Below are positions 37,708 through 52,431 of a stretch of 64,000 nt of DNA, piece by piece. The DNA is from Rhizophagus irregularis. Its lineage: Eukaryota. Numbering within the stretch: the first letter of the stretch is position 1; each line of letters opens with the position of its first letter. Under the pieces are notes generated by a model. That model had not been told where the DNA came from. It was given only the letters and a program-made list of their open reading frames with translations, and searched no databases. The translations under genes and the position numbers were made by a program. The stretch is taken from the NCBI RefSeq assembly GCF_026210795.1, contig NC_089430.1, positions 2,418,001-2,482,000 of the forward strand, read 5' to 3'.

Positions 37708-40618
37708 TATATTTAACTAAGATGAATTTTAAGAAACATGTTTTTTAAGAACATATTACTTTTTCACTCTAATAGAAATTAAACTTCATTGCCCTTCCCT
37801 TAATCCTTTCTCTTTTCATGCTATTTCTAATTTTTTTAATTGGTTTATCCAATTTTTTTCTTTCTAATTCTTCCTTACGTTCTTCGATTTCTAACTCTTG
37901 AATTTGTTGTTGAAATTCATCATTTTTAACACCCTTAACATTACCTTTTTGCCGTTTATTCTGTGACTTTAGAAGCGAAGTAGTTTTTTGTTTTTCTAAA
38001 TTAATTCGTGATCCATCTCTAAACCAGTGAAATCTACTAACACATTTTGGGGAATTATTTTGCAAATTAATTAATGTAAGTTTGGTAACTTCCTTTAAGA
38101 AATATTACTAATATTTCATTTTTATTATAGGTAATTTGTTAGGAAAACAAAATAATATTATTCAATTACTGCGATTTCACTCATTTTTCATGTAAATAAT
38201 AAATTTTATAATAAATATTTAAATTTATTACTTTTGGTAAATTCAATCTTTTGATAATCATAATTATATAAACACTCTTAACTAATAAATGCATAAAAAT
38301 CTTTTCAGTTAACTTTTATAGAAACTGGATCAATGTTTATAACCATGTTTATAATTATCCTTTATAACCAAAATTTTATTTTTTCGTCACGTATATTACA
38401 TTCAAATCTTAACAAAATTCGAAAAAATCATTTATTTTCATAACAATAAACTTAAGTTACTACAATCAATAATGTCTAATTTAGCTGAATCTATCAATAT
38501 TAGTTCTGAATTAGAGGTAATTTCTTTAAATTTTATTTAAATTTTATAACAAAAAATCAAAATTTTCTATACTATTTTAGGAGGAAGAACGAAGTTCTTT
38601 GTTATCACAAGAGTTAATAATGAAGAAAAATTGGAGAATACTTTGGCTTTAATTAGTTCTGTATATCACATTACAGATATTTGTTATTCCTTATTTTTCA
38701 TTGAATATCCCGATACTTCAGATGATGGAATTGCATATGTTTTTCATGTTGAAAATTGGACTGACAAAAAGGCTGTATTTAATAATGTAAAGGATTTTAT
38801 TTTTCAATCATTTATTTTTTAATAGCTAATAAAATATTAAATTAATTTTTAATTTTTAATTTTTATTTAAGATCCAATATGGTCTTGGTAAACCTGGTGG
38901 TGCACACTCTAATATTTTTTGTCCATTTTTAGGAGTGCAATGTAAAGATAATAAGAAATCATGTCAAGGCGTGAAGATTTGTAAAATTGCTAAACCTGAA
39001 TTTAAAGATGTAACTCATTCTACAGTAGATCTTAACATGGATTTATCTTCAAAAAATTCCAGCTTCTTGATTATATCTTCTTCACATCAAATCCGATTCA
39101 ATATTTATGAAATAATAATTTATTTTTTTTTCAATTTAAGAGAATAGCTTGCTGCCATCAATTCTAAATGTTGTTATAATCATAAAACTAATAGAAGTAA
39201 TGTTAATCAATACTTCATTGGTTGTAGTGCATATGTATTTGGCACACGTCATCGATATATTAGTGAAAAACCCAATGTTGATGAAAATCTTAAATTTTTG
39301 TTACATTTTGATTCATATTCTTATCTTTATTTATTTAGGATGATAAAAATTGTTTACAAAAACAAAAATGTCATAAGTATTCAATTACATCATTAAGAAA
39401 AATCAATTTTATATAATATTTTTTCTTATTTTTTTTATATAGCAATTCCTTACATCATAGATGGAAAAGTTGAATTATTACCACTTGTAAAAACTGGGTG
39501 TAATGTTATATTTCATAAATATGAATCATTGGATTTAGAATCATGCCCTTATATAGTTATGGTTGTAAAAAATACTCATTCACATCCACCTTCACCACCT
39601 CATCGAACACCAAATCACTTACAGCAAGATTTGAAAAGTTTAATTGAAAACTCTAATGATCTTTTAATTGATTTTATTTCACGAAGGTTAATTTCTGGTA
39701 ATAAATAATAATTATATTTTTATTACATTATTTTTATTTTTGAGCTTTATTAATGCTAACTTTAATTTCAAATAAATATAGGTCCATTGATAAAAGCAGT
39801 TTTTGGTGATACTGTTTTAGCAGATGTTCATGCCTCAATGAATAATATTGGTAAGCTTCGTAATATTATAATGAGAGAACAGAAATTATTACATCCATAT
39901 GGACAAGGTATAATGGGAGTAGTTCATGCTTTTAATCAAAATGAATCAAATTTACGTGATTATATTCAAAGGATTAGTAAGTACTTTAATTTTAAAAATA
40001 AACTTTTTAAATATTTTTAATTTAATGTAATTATTATTATTTTTTAGTATTTATGGATGATGGACATATTATGATATTATGTGTGTTTAAATTACAAGCT
40101 GAACATATGTCAAAATTTAAATATTTTATGGTGGATATGTCCTATAAGCGTGTATTTGGAGAAATTGATGAACTTGAATTTAATGCCTATGACGAAAATA
40201 ATAATAGTGGTAAGTAGAACTGTAGAAGTTTAAATTTTAAATTATTAATTTTAGTTTACTATTAACTAAACAATTTCTTTTATTAGTTGTAACTTTTTGT
40301 AGGATATATTCAAATGGAAGTAATGCTAAGGCTTATCAATACATGTTTACAGCTTTCTTTGAAGTTTATGAAGATTTAACAGTAGAAAAGCCAACTTTTT
40401 ATTATTTCAATTCAGAAAACTCTGAAAAAAAAGGATGGGCTGCTATTATTGTTGATTTGGATAAAGGTCAAGCAAGCTAAAGAATTATCTTTAGCTTTAA
40501 ATTCCTTATATAATTCTTTAAGCCCAGAACAGCATTTACTTTCTGTTTTAAAATCATGTTTAATTCATTTTGAAAGGTAAACAAATTATAATTAGTTTAT
40601 TTATGAATAATTATTAAT

Positions 40619-41648
40619 GGGTATTGCTAAATCTCACCGGTGGTGATTTTTACCAGCGGTGATTTTCACCGTTATTAATGTTGGCAGAAATTATGATTTA
40701 GCCAGAATTATAAAAAATTTTTTTGCAAATTTTTACTGAGAAAAAAAATTAAATGTAAGTAGTTTTTTTAAATATTGAACATGGTTTACTTAATAAAAAA
40801 ACTTAATTTATTTGACCAAAGTAAGAAAATTACACTTTAAATTTAATAGACAGAAAAAAAAAATTTGAAAGTTAATACTATTATGAGAAATGCAATTTTT
40901 TCCAAAAGTATTACATTTACACTCATGAAATTTGATACACAACTAGTTTTAATCTTGCTAAACAACGATTTCATTTGACCAAAGTGGTGAAATTACTCTC
41001 TGAAGTTCACAAACGGAAAAAAAAAATTCGAAAGTTAGTACCGTTATGAAAAATGTGATTTTTTTCACAAGTATTATACTTACATCCATGAAATTTTATA
41101 TACAACTAGTTTCGACCTCGCTGAACAACTTTCAATTAATGAAGAAAGACGATTTCATTTGACTAAAGTGGTGAAATTACGCTCTGAAGTTCACAAACGA
41201 AAAAAAAAATTCGAAAGTTAGTACCGTTATGAAAAACGTGATTTGCTCCACAAGTATTAAACTTACACTCATAAAATTTGATATACAACTAGTTTCAACC
41301 TCGCTGAACAACTTTCACTTAATAAAGAAAGCTGATTTCATTTGACTAAAGTGTTGAAATTACGCTTTGAAGTTGGTAAACAGAAAAACAAATATTTAAA
41401 TGTGTTTTTTTTTCATAAATATTATATCTAACTTTATGAAATTGAAATATACTCCTATGGGTTTAATAGTGTAACAAAAGTAATATTTTTTGTATTAAAA
41501 ACATGTAAAATATTAAAAGAAAAGCAAAGCAAGCAAAGCAAAAACAAATTTCATAAATATGATAAATATATGTTATGTTGTGTAACATAAGTAATCACAT
41601 GATCACATGACTGGTGAAAATCACCACCAGTAAAAATTTGACAATTCC
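40619..41648. mobile_element. Non-autonomous MULE with internal ~180-bp tandem repeats
   Basis: GG...CC termini, imperfect TIRs containing GGTGGTGATTTT, 9-bp TSD ATTATTAAT; 3-4 repeats beginning GATTTCATTTGAC(C/T)AAAGTG. Confidence 0.8.
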
Positions 41649-41998
41649 ATTATTAATTACTTACTTTATATTAAGGTTGCTTGCCGAAACTAGAGGGTTT
41701 CGGCAGAATGGCGTACGCGAAACTGCCGAAACTAGTTTCGCGAAATCATCAAGAAATGCCGAAACTGCGAAACCTATCAAAATCGCGAAACTGCCGTAAC
41801 TTGCCGAAACTGTTTCGGCATTTCGGCAATACTTTCTATATGATTTAATTAGAGTTTCGGCATTTAAACAATTTATAAGAATAAAGATTAAAGACAATAT
41901 GATTTTTTGTATGTAAATATTTATTTTATAATATTTAATATTAAACTAATAAAATACACGATTAAAAATATAATAAAAATTAAAATTTAATAATATCT

Positions 41999-42673
41999 TT
42001 ATCTTCTATGTGGGGACCTGCTTCTACCTCTTCTTCTATCTCTACTTCTGTCCCGTCTTCTATCTCTACTTCTATCTCGTCTTCTATCTCTACTTCTATC
42101 TCGTCTTCTATCTCTACTTCTTGATCTACTTCTTGATCGAGACCTAGATCGCAACCTTCTTCTTTCCCTTCGCAATCTATATTCATATCGACGTCGATCA
42201 TGCGCAGCATGCTGCCGTCGATACTCTCGTCTAAACAGATCTAAAATCCAATAAAAATATTAATGAATTGAATGAATTGCCTAAATAAAATTAATTTAAA
42301 ATAATAATTAATAATAATTACCGGTTTGTAACCAGAATTCATCGTTCATATCAGCAAAACACGCTCTATCGAAACTATTTGGGCTTATAATAGGAATGTC
42401 GTCATCATTATTATTTATTATCCTACTGAGGTTTTCATAACCTCGTTTGAGGGCATTCCATTTTGTTTGGCATTGCCTGGGTGTCGCTGCAAATCCCATT
42501 GCAACGAACACCCTATTTGCTATTATTGTCCATGCATTTACATGATGACGGTTTGCAATTCTTTCGAATTGCTGATGTAAGTTTCTCCGCTCCGCGATTA
42601 ATTGCCTAGCTGCGTTAATCGTCCATTGGAATACTGGTGGTGGCGGTGGGACAAAAGGTACTAATGCTGCCAT
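41999..42673 (-). CDS. Myb/SANT(trihelix)-like DNA-binding protein with RS/RD-rich tail, 197 aa; exons 42673-42322 and 42240-41999
   Basis: QWTINAARQLI...AWTIIANRV...TPRQCQTKWNALKRGY. The GT-AG intron 42321-42241 joins in frame to DLFRREYRR...RSRSRSRSRSRDRRRDRSRD...RSRSPHRR-stop. Confidence 0.75.
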
Positions 42674-43012
42674 TTTTTATTTTTATGATTTTTTCGTAAC
42701 TTGAAATTTTGAAAATTAAATACAATTTGAAAATTAAAATACAATTTGGTTTTGAATTGCGAAAAAAAAATTCAAATTTCATAATATTTATAATAATTTT
42801 AAAATTCGTTATAATGTTTAAAACATGAACTGATGAACATAATAACATTCTACATAATTAAAGTATTTGTAACAAAATAAACACAGTTTTGATTCTAATG
42901 TAATAAATTTAATTAACGCAGTTCTAAATTTTTTTTTGTAACGCAGTTCTTAAAATTTATTGATCTAATGTAATAAATTTAATTAACGAAGTCCTTAAAA
43001 CTTATTGATTCT

Positions 43013-43170
43013 AATATAATATGCTTATCCTTATTCCTTAATTAAATTGCACTATTTTTAAAATATAATATGCTTATCCTTATTCCTTAATTAAATTGCA
43101 CTATTTTTAAAATATAATATGCTTATCCTTATTCCTTAATTAAATTGCAATGTTTTAAAATATAATATAA
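43013..43170. repeat. Three tandem ~52-bp repeats between the two hAT genes
   Basis: AATATAATATGCTTATCCTTATTCCTTAATTAAATTGCA occurs three times. Confidence 0.85.
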
Positions 43171-43343
43171 AATTACAATTGCCTGCATTGCCTGCATAAT
43201 TATATGTTAACTGGACTTTGATCGCGAATATTTTGCCCTGCATAATTACATCATTTATTTCCTAAATAGTATCATTATTTAAATCACATGATATTAGAAT
43301 TAATTCTCATTGGATTAACTATTGTAATTATTTCTCATTATTA

Positions 43344-45643
43344 TTATTCCTCATTATCATCATAATTATCGTCATTATTATCACCGTCATCCATACCTAA
43401 TACATCATCTATATCATAATCATAGTCACCTTCTCCGGGTCTCTTGTTATTACCACTATCATCAACTTCATCATCTTCCGCATTATTTTCATCTGAATCA
43501 TCCAATATATCTCTTGGAATATCGCCGATTTCACTAGTAATTGAATCATGCGATAAATTAACAAATTGATCAATCCATAGACTTTCGATTACTACACGGC
43601 AATTGTCTTCGGGTATTGTTTCGCCGCTTGTAGTTAATCTCTGAGTAGAAGCTTGCTCCTCATTATATTCCTCATCGTCATCTTCTGCAAAAGCTTCTGC
43701 AATACGTATATTGATCTCATCATCACTAAGACGAGTATTCTTTTTTTGATCAATTCCATAAAATCCAAGTTCAGTTTTTGAATTGGATTTCCAATACAAA
43801 ATTAATTTGCACATGGATTCTAGTTTATCCACATTAAGATTTAAGCGACGTTTATGAAATAGCCATCCTAAAGTCGAAAATCCACGTTCGCAAGTTGCTG
43901 AGTTAGGACATATTGCAAATAGATAACTTGCAATTCTTGGCAGGACATCTGGTTCTGGTTCGGTATTAATATATTTCCACCAATTCACGGGATTATCTTT
44001 AGCAAAACCGATATCTAGGTCAAATGGCTCTTGCTCATTAATATATTTCTGTATTTGATCACATAAAGTTTCAGCTTCGTAACGGTCGAAACCTAAATTT
44101 TTCCCGATTGAAGCTGCACATTTGATAATTCTCATGAGGGCGCATTTTTTAAGTGGCGCGTTTCTAAATCTGGGATCCATAAAAAAACAAGTAATATACT
44201 TATCATCATCGAATTCATCAAATCTTTCATTTATTACTTTGATACAATGACTTCGGAATGCAGGATTTAATGATTTGGGTAACTTTTTTAATGTAGCTGC
44301 AAGTCTTGCCAAGCTCAGGAAACAATCTGCAAGTGTAGCTCTTCTCAATTCTAATGAAAGTACCGCTTTTCTTAGAGGATCCAGAACAAATCCAAGAACT
44401 CGTAAATTTGAAAAAAAATTCTCGATTGAATAATCGGTTTTATTTTATCATTTGTTAGCACTTTATCGTGATCGCTGGCCATTTCTTCTAGTGCTGATTC
44501 CAAATTTATTACTGAATTTACGGATTCACTAGCAGTAGTCCAGCGTGTCTTGCAATATAATTTTAATCCTCCTCCACTAATTCCTTTTTCTTTAATTATT
44601 TGAGCAAGTTTTGCATTAGCCTGATGAGAACTTCTAAAAAAGGTTGTCAAAATATTAACACGTTTTAATAAACGTTCCCCAAACTTCTCCTTGACGATGT
44701 CGCATGCAATTAAATTGATAGAATGTGCAACGCATCGCACATTCTCAATCTTTGGATGATTCTCATGTATAATTTTTCATGCATTACGAACATTGGCCGC
44801 ATTATCGGAAACTACAGCACATATTCGATCTTCTCCAATACCTTCTATAACCTTTTCAATTACCGTAACTAGATATTCTGCAGTGTGCGAATTTTCAGAC
44901 AAATCAGAAAGTTGATAAAGATATTCTTTATGCGACGGAGTCATTACAATGAAGTTCCAAATTGAATGATGTGTACCAGACGTCCAACCATCAAAGGCTA
45001 AATTATAAATTAATATTATATAGTAAGTAAGATTAAATAAAAATGACGTATAATAGCCTATTTAATTTAACAAACCTAACGTTAAATTCGTTTCCTTTTC
45101 AAGCTCAGAATTAACTTTGAAGTTCACTTGAGCTAATTCACGTTCAAGTAGTTGATTTACTAATACTTCCCTTGTTGGTGTATTGTACCCGGCATTAAGC
45201 TCTTTTATAAAATTGATGAAAAAGGGATGTTCCACTACTCTAAACGCAATTCCGCACGCAATAAAAAATTTAACTAATGCACGATTAATTCGTGTACATC
45301 TTTGTTCGTTAAGCTCTGTTGAATCATGGTAATCATCCATGTTACTTTGACCTTCAGAGTATTTTCTTTTTTTGGATGACTTGGACTTATCTTGCCGTTC
45401 CATTACTTTAGTCATATACCTTCTAACAACTGCTGCTGGCGCATCTGGACAATGGTTTGAAAGATACTCTTCGAGCTTTGAAACTTCACCGCGTGACCAT
45501 GTATTCTTACAGTACTTGCAGGAGGCGGCAAATTTGCCAGAACCAACAGCTTCTCCTTTATTAATATCTTCCCAAATGCTATTAGGTGGCCGACCTCCTC
45601 TATTTTTCATTTTAATGGGTGAATCTTCTATGTGATCAGTCAT
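43344..45643 (-). pseudogene. hAT transposase (BED finger, DDE core, dimerization domain) with one intron, one nonsense codon and one frameshift
   Basis: ASCKYC..LEEYLSNHC, AFDGWTS, SDNAANV, RCVAHSINL, KTRWTT, MDPRFR, NSATCERGFS. Intron ~45075-44999; TGA near 44779; frameshift in the A-run near 44415. Confidence 0.9.
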
Positions 45644-47908
45644 TTGAAACAGTTTATTATTAATATTATTATTAAGAAAACGGAAGAAAGTAAAAGAAAC
45701 TTTAGTTCAGTGTTAAAGGAGATGACGGAATTGGGTTTATTAAATGCATGTTACGCATTTTCCTTTAATGAATATAAGTCCCTTAAAAAAAAACTGTAAA
45801 AACGTGTAATATCATAATATTAATATGGGAGTTAGAAATGAAAATTCTAATACTAGATAAAGCTTAAAAGAACTAAGATGACGGTAAAATATTGAAGTTT
45901 AATCTTTTATCTGTAGATTATTTGATCATCTAAATTATATTATTAATTGGTGTAACTTGGCGTAACTATATGCAAATCTTATGATCAACTATGCCGAAAC
46001 TACGGAGAAACCTATTATAGAGGTTTCGGCATGTTTCGGCAGTTTCGCAATTTTGACAGGTTTCGCAGTTTCGGCGTTTCGGCGTTTCGGCACTATATAA
46101 GAGGTTTCACCTTTCGGCATTAGGCCAAACAGGTTTCGGCAAGCAACCTTACTTTATATATTAATTAACAAAATAGAAATGTAAGAAATTCCAAATATTC
46201 AGATGAAAGTAAATTTTTAATGCGCCAGCTTCCCAAAGCCAAGACAAAAGATGAAGTAGATTTTCTATTTGATCAGTTATGATTAATTGATGATGAAACA
46301 TAAATGGTAAATAATCTGTTTATTTTCTTTTAACTTTTATTATTAATCATCAAATCTTATAAACACTTCCTGCCGATCGTTTGGTCACAAATTTTGCACT
46401 AGTAGTTTGAAGAAATATTTTTCGTTTATTATCGTTTAAGTCATAGAAATATTGTTTTTTTGATATAGAATTTGGGAAGAGTAATATGGAAGGGGTAGAA
46501 TTTACCCAACCTTCAGGAAGTAGCACTTTGGCTGCTTCAACGAGCTCTTCGACAGCTCAACAACCTATACAGACAAATAGTAATATTAACGTAGGGCTTG
46601 AGGCCTCTATGCATGCTCAAATTAACGCAAGTCATCCTGATCAGAATACAACTTCTAAAGAAGCAAAGAAAAATGATGGTTGGACTATTATTAAGAAGAC
46701 TCAACGTTTTAGTATTTTCATCTTGCAAGATAGTCTTCCAGGCGATAATATTATTGCTAAGAAAAATTTTGTCTATAGGAAAATTTTGGATGTGCTTGGG
46801 TTAATTTCATTGGCACCAACCTCCATTAAAGGTATTAAGGTGATTCGAGCAACATATGAAACGGAAGTACAAGCGGCTGAAGTTTGTGCCAAGAAAATTG
46901 CAGATGATAATGATGTAAGATTTGCTAAATTGGAAGGAATCTACAATCAGCAACATGATAATCTTAATGATTATGAAATTAAAATCTGGGATGTTCCACT
47001 AGATGTGGATAAGCAGATGTTAGAAGTATATTTGAAAAGTTTTGGACCAATTAAAACCCTCAAATTTAATGTTAAAAATTTATACTATGAAGTAGTAGTT
47101 AGATTCAATGGTAAACAAGTGGAAGAAAAATTTAAAGATTTATGGTCATTGAGATTTTGCAAATATGCGTTTAGGATTTTTCCCCAAGGATGAAAGGAAT
47201 TTATGTTTCAAATATGGGTTGAAATTAGCTAATTTACCTGTAGGTACATACGCTGCAGATTTGAAAGATATTATCATACAAATGAAGGCGAAATCATGTT
47301 TCGTACCTAAGAATAGGTTTTCAAAAAACTATGAGAAAGAAAGGTTCGCATTTGTCTTTTTTGATAATGAGAACGACCTTAATAATGCCCTAGGAAAGAA
47401 ATTCTCTTTCAACAATCAAGGCTTAGTTTTCGTTAATTATGATGCAGTCACGTGCCACGTATGTGGTTCTCAGTCAGAACATGTCCGGAAAATCAGAGGA
47501 AAAGAAACATGTCATTAACACATAAAGTATATCAACAGATATGGAGTAAAAGCACCCAGACCAAGTATGGGGTTCAAACCATTATTCGAAGAAGTCGAAC
47601 AAGAAATGCCATTACAAGGTCCTTCAAGTTATGCTGAGGCTGCAAAGAAAATTAAGACAGTACCCAATGTAAGAGCAAATGTTTTAACTTCAAGTAAAGG
47701 TCCATCTCAATCTTACAAAGGAAAAGGAAAACAACAAGAGACACAAGAGCCAGTAAGAAAACCTTGGAATCAACAGAATATTAATCCTACACCAATTAAT
47801 AATGAGGGTAATAGGCTGGATAGATTGGAACAACAAATGGAAAAATTCATGAATATGATACAAAGATTGAATGAGAGAGTTTCAAATTTAAAAATTAATC
47901 ATATTAAT

Positions 47909-48688
47909 TGCTAATTCGGTTAAGATCGGCAGTGTCTTACTATGTAAAATCGGGGCAAAAAAAGAAAATAATTATCTCTTGATCCAATGATCCAATTTCA
48001 ATGAACTTTTTTTTGTTTTATAGATCTTGATTTCCTCAATAAAATAAAAAATTTATTGAAATTGAAATACTAAATTATAAGAAAATCGTGAAAAAGTATT
48101 TCATATTATTATTATGACTAAATTTTAGTAAATCATAAAAAAAGAATTGATTCCTAATTCAGTGATCCAATTTCAATAATTTTTTTTTGTCTTTTAGGTC
48201 TTAACCTCTTCTTCACAATAAAAAAAAGTTTGTCAATATTGGACTGCTAGATCGGAAGATAATCACAAAGATATATTTTGCCATATCATGAATCTAAAAA
48301 TCGTCTGGCAAAATATGTTTTCGCAATTATCTCACGATCTAGAGGCCCAATTTTGACAAAATTTTTTTATTATGTAGAGATTATTGAGATCCAAATAACA
48401 AAAAAAAGTTTATCGAAATTGGATCACTGAATCAGGAGATAATTGTCTGCTTTGTTATTAATGGAATCTGATCGTTGTTAGTAAAATATGTTTTTGTGAT
48501 TATCTCACAACCTAATGGTCCAACTTCAATGAAATTATTTTTATTTTATAAAGGTAATCCAGACTTACAGAACAAAAAAAAGTTCATCAAAATTGGATTA
48601 TTAGATCATATGATAATTATTTTTATTATTTGCACCAATTTCCCCAATTTTACATAGTAGGACACTGCTGATCTTAACCGAATTAGCA
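47909..48688. mobile_element. Unclassified TIR element with ATTAAT (or TTAA) target, inserted in LINE ORF1
   Basis: ~45-bp TIR TGCTAATTCGGTTAAGATC(G/A)GCAGTGTC(T/C)TACTATGTAAAAT; ATTAAT on both sides; four internal dyad modules. Confidence 0.85.
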
Positions 48689-51600
48689 ATTAATCAAGCT
48701 GAGATTTTGAGTAATAGAAAAGTAGAATTATCATTTGCTAAAGATGATAATACGTTCATGAATAATAATAATAAAAGGGTGAAAGAATTTCAACAAACAT
48801 GTGATGTGTATATCGATAAAAATGTTTCGCCAAATGTACAAACTCGTACATTATCTCCCATGGAAGAAGATAATGAAGTAAATAAAACAGTTGAGACAGA
48901 AAAGTTCATATATGAACCATCAACCGCGTTGGGTACATCACCTTCGTCCCAAGTAGTCAAGAAGGAAATACACAACGATTAGACAATTTTGAAGCCAAAA
49001 TGGGTCAGGCGTTTAGTATATTACAAGATATGTCTGGAAAATTTGACCACTTAATGAACAACCAAACACCATATGTCAATTAAGACAGGGCTAGGGAATT
49101 CAACAACGGAACAACCAACCCCAATACAATCAACAATGATAGTACAACCTATAGATATTTATCCATCTATTGATAGTATTATGGACATTAATAATACATT
49201 TAAGATAACAACAATTAATGTGTCAGGATTAAATACAATACTTAAGCAAGAACAAGTTTTAAATTATATGAAAATTAATAAGATTAGTTGTTTAATAGTT
49301 ACAGAAACAAAACTTCAAACTGCTAGTGCAAAAATGATTTATAAAGATTTTAAGGATATAACAACTTGGTGGTCATGTGATGATGACAACCATTTTTTGA
49401 CTGGAGTCAGGATTATAATGAATAATGATTATGCAAAATATGTTATTAAAAAAGATATTATTGAAGGTCAAGCTTTAAAACTTACGTTACTGTTGAAAGG
49501 AAACAATAATCGCAATTTATAACTTTTCGAATAATAGTTATAAAGATGAAATTTTGGAATTTTATACGAAATTAGAAGAAATTTTAACAGTTGAGAAAAA
49601 ATTACAAGCTAAAATAGTCTGTGTTGGAGATTTTAATGCAAGTTATGATACAGCGATAGCTTAACAAAGAGTAAATCGAAAAATTTTTTGGAAAGATCAT
49701 ATTTTTCAAATACTAAAAAAGAACGTTATGGTTGATATTAATTTAATATACCATGATAGACCGTTGAATACATGGAATAGATCAGATAAAAAATCTAGAA
49801 TCGATTATATGTGGGTCACAGAAGATTTAGTACCAGATACTATCTACGCGTCTACGAATAAAGTCCACATATTTGAAACTGATCATTCAGCTGTAACAAT
49901 ATATTTTCAAATAGATGATCTATTTCATACAAAACAATTATTCAAAAAGAAAAAACATAATAATAACAATTTGAAAGTGAATTATAAGAAAATAGATAAT
50001 CAATTATGGGAAACATATGAAAAAAAAATAGAGAAGTTATTGGATAAAGAAAAAGATATAATTGATAGCGTAGAAATTTCGATCAATAATATAAATAGAA
50101 TATGGAATACAATTCGAGATACGTTTAAAAAAGCTAATAGTGTATTGCCGAAAAAGAAAGGTAACCTGAACAAAGAAGTGTTGCCAAAAACAATTGTGTT
50201 TTATAAGAGATTTTTACATAAATTATCATATATCTTAACAAATTTAATGGAAAAAAAGATCATGAGTTTAAATTTAATTAATTATAGAGAGTGTAAAAAA
50301 TTTATAGAAAAGCACTATGAAACAATAACAGAAATATGTCTTAAGTTCGCAATAGACATAGATGGACTGCTTGATAAAAATATAAATGAGTTTAAAGAAA
50401 TAGTTAAGATAGCTTTTAAATTAGTTCAGGTGAATTTTGCTGAAGAAAGTAAAATATATAAAGAAGAGAAAATGAAGTTTTATATCCAATGACGGTGTGA
50501 GGATCTACAAGATAATAAAAAAAGTTCCTAGATTCTACGTTGAATAGAAAAAGAAGTAAAATTGTCCTGGATAAAATAGTGATAGAAAAAAATTCAGTAA
50601 AACAATTAATTTCAGATGAGGAATTGATAGAAAATGAGTTGATCAAACATTTCAGATCATTTGCAGGAAAAAAGTTGAATTCATAGTCCGAAACAAGATA
50701 TAAATAAATGTTAGTATAATGAAATTATTCAACCTATTAGTGAGAGTGAATGGGACCATATGATTAGACAGCTAGCAAATGATAAAGCGCCAGGAATCTC
50801 CCAAATATCGAATGAAATGCTCAAACATATGGGAACTTTAATGAAAAGTGTCATGTTAAAATTAGCAAATTTATGTTTACAAGTTGGTGATATCCCTGAA
50901 GAATGGAGACACACGTTATTGTATCCTATCCCGAAGACAATGGATTGGGAATAAAAACCAGACCAATAATACTCCTAGAAACTTTGAGAAAAGTGTTAGT
51001 GAAAATTGTTACAAAAAGATTATCTAAAGTTATTGCAGAACGTAATATATTAAAAGGAGGTAATCACGCGGGACTACCTGGTGGATCTACAGAGGCACCT
51101 CTAAGAATCATTAATACTTGTATCGAAGATGCAAAGAAGAATAATAGAGTTATGGTTGACTTTTCAAGACCTCTCTAAAGCTTACGACAGGGTAGATATT
51201 AAGATGCTTAAATTAGCATTGCAAAGAATTAAAATCCCAGAGGTTTTGATCTGTTTGATGATTAACTTATTTATGAATAGTAAAAAAAGTGTTATAAAAG
51301 AAAAAGGAATAACAAAACAATATACATCTATCATTGGAATAGATCAAGGTGAGGTCATTTCACCACTGCTATGGACAATTTATTACGATCCATTGCTTGC
51401 AGAAATTAATTCATTAAAAATGGGATATGAAATTGAACATTGCTTTAAAAGTAATATATAATCTGAGCAAGAAGAAAAACTCAAGATCAATATATCATCA
51501 CAGTCATACATTGATGACGTCACGTGGATTACTAAAAATAAAGCTCAGTTAGAGCAGATCTTGAAAATTGCAAATGAATTCAACATTATGAATAATATAC

Positions 51601-52431
51601 AAACAAATTATGATAAATTTGAAATGATAACAAATAAAAAGTTAGATAAAGATATTGTTGAAGTTAATTTTGGATCGTCAAAAAGAATGGTTAAACCATT
51701 AACACCAAAAGAATCTGTGAGAATTTTAGGTGTCTGGATTAATTTAGATTTAAGAACTAATTATGTCTTTAATCAGTGCAAGGATATTATTAAAAGATAT
51801 AATAAAACAATTAGCTTCAAACAAATAACGGATTTGCAGATGAAATATATATATAATCACGTGATCATTCCTCGTGTTGACTATAAAGCACAATTGTTAG
51901 TTTGGACAAATTCTCAATCAGAAAAATTAAATTCTACCTGTAAACATATGTTTAAAAGAAAAGCGTCATTGCCACTTACTACTCCTAATAGTATTATACA
52001 TTTATCATTGGGCTACGCTATTAAAGACATTAATACGATTCAAGCTCAAAGACAGTTAAGTAGATTATACAATCAAGTGATATCAAAGGTGTGATGAAAG
52101 ATATTTTTGAAATAGATTGTAAACAATTGCAAAGTGAATTATTGTCTAATAAATCTCCATTAGCAACATGTAGAGCTTTTCACCGGATTATCCTATGAAT
52201 AATTTAGGATAACCCACTAGGAAATTTTAAGATCCGGATATCTTATCAAATAGGATAACGGATAATCCGAATAATCAACCTAGACTAATCTGAATTATCC
52301 CAGGATAATAAGGATAATATATACACAAATAGTGAGTAGTGACCCGTGACCCGATGGACAACGTACATTAATAATACAGTATGCTCATCTGACTAAACTG
52401 ATCAAAAGTTCGTTATGTCTGAAGCTAGTAC

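Larger units (their letters stand above)
41672..46151. mobile_element. Full-length hAT transposon carrying two genes
   Basis: TIR TAAGGTTGCTTGCCGAAAC...GTTTCGGCAAGCAACCTTA; perfect 8-bp TSD CTTTATAT; subterminal GCCGAAACT repeats. Confidence 0.95.

Noticed and set aside
41980..42210. Acidic 76-aa ORF (EVEIEDE repeats)
   Set aside because: It is an alternative frame of exon 2; splice phase places the exon in the RS-rich frame.
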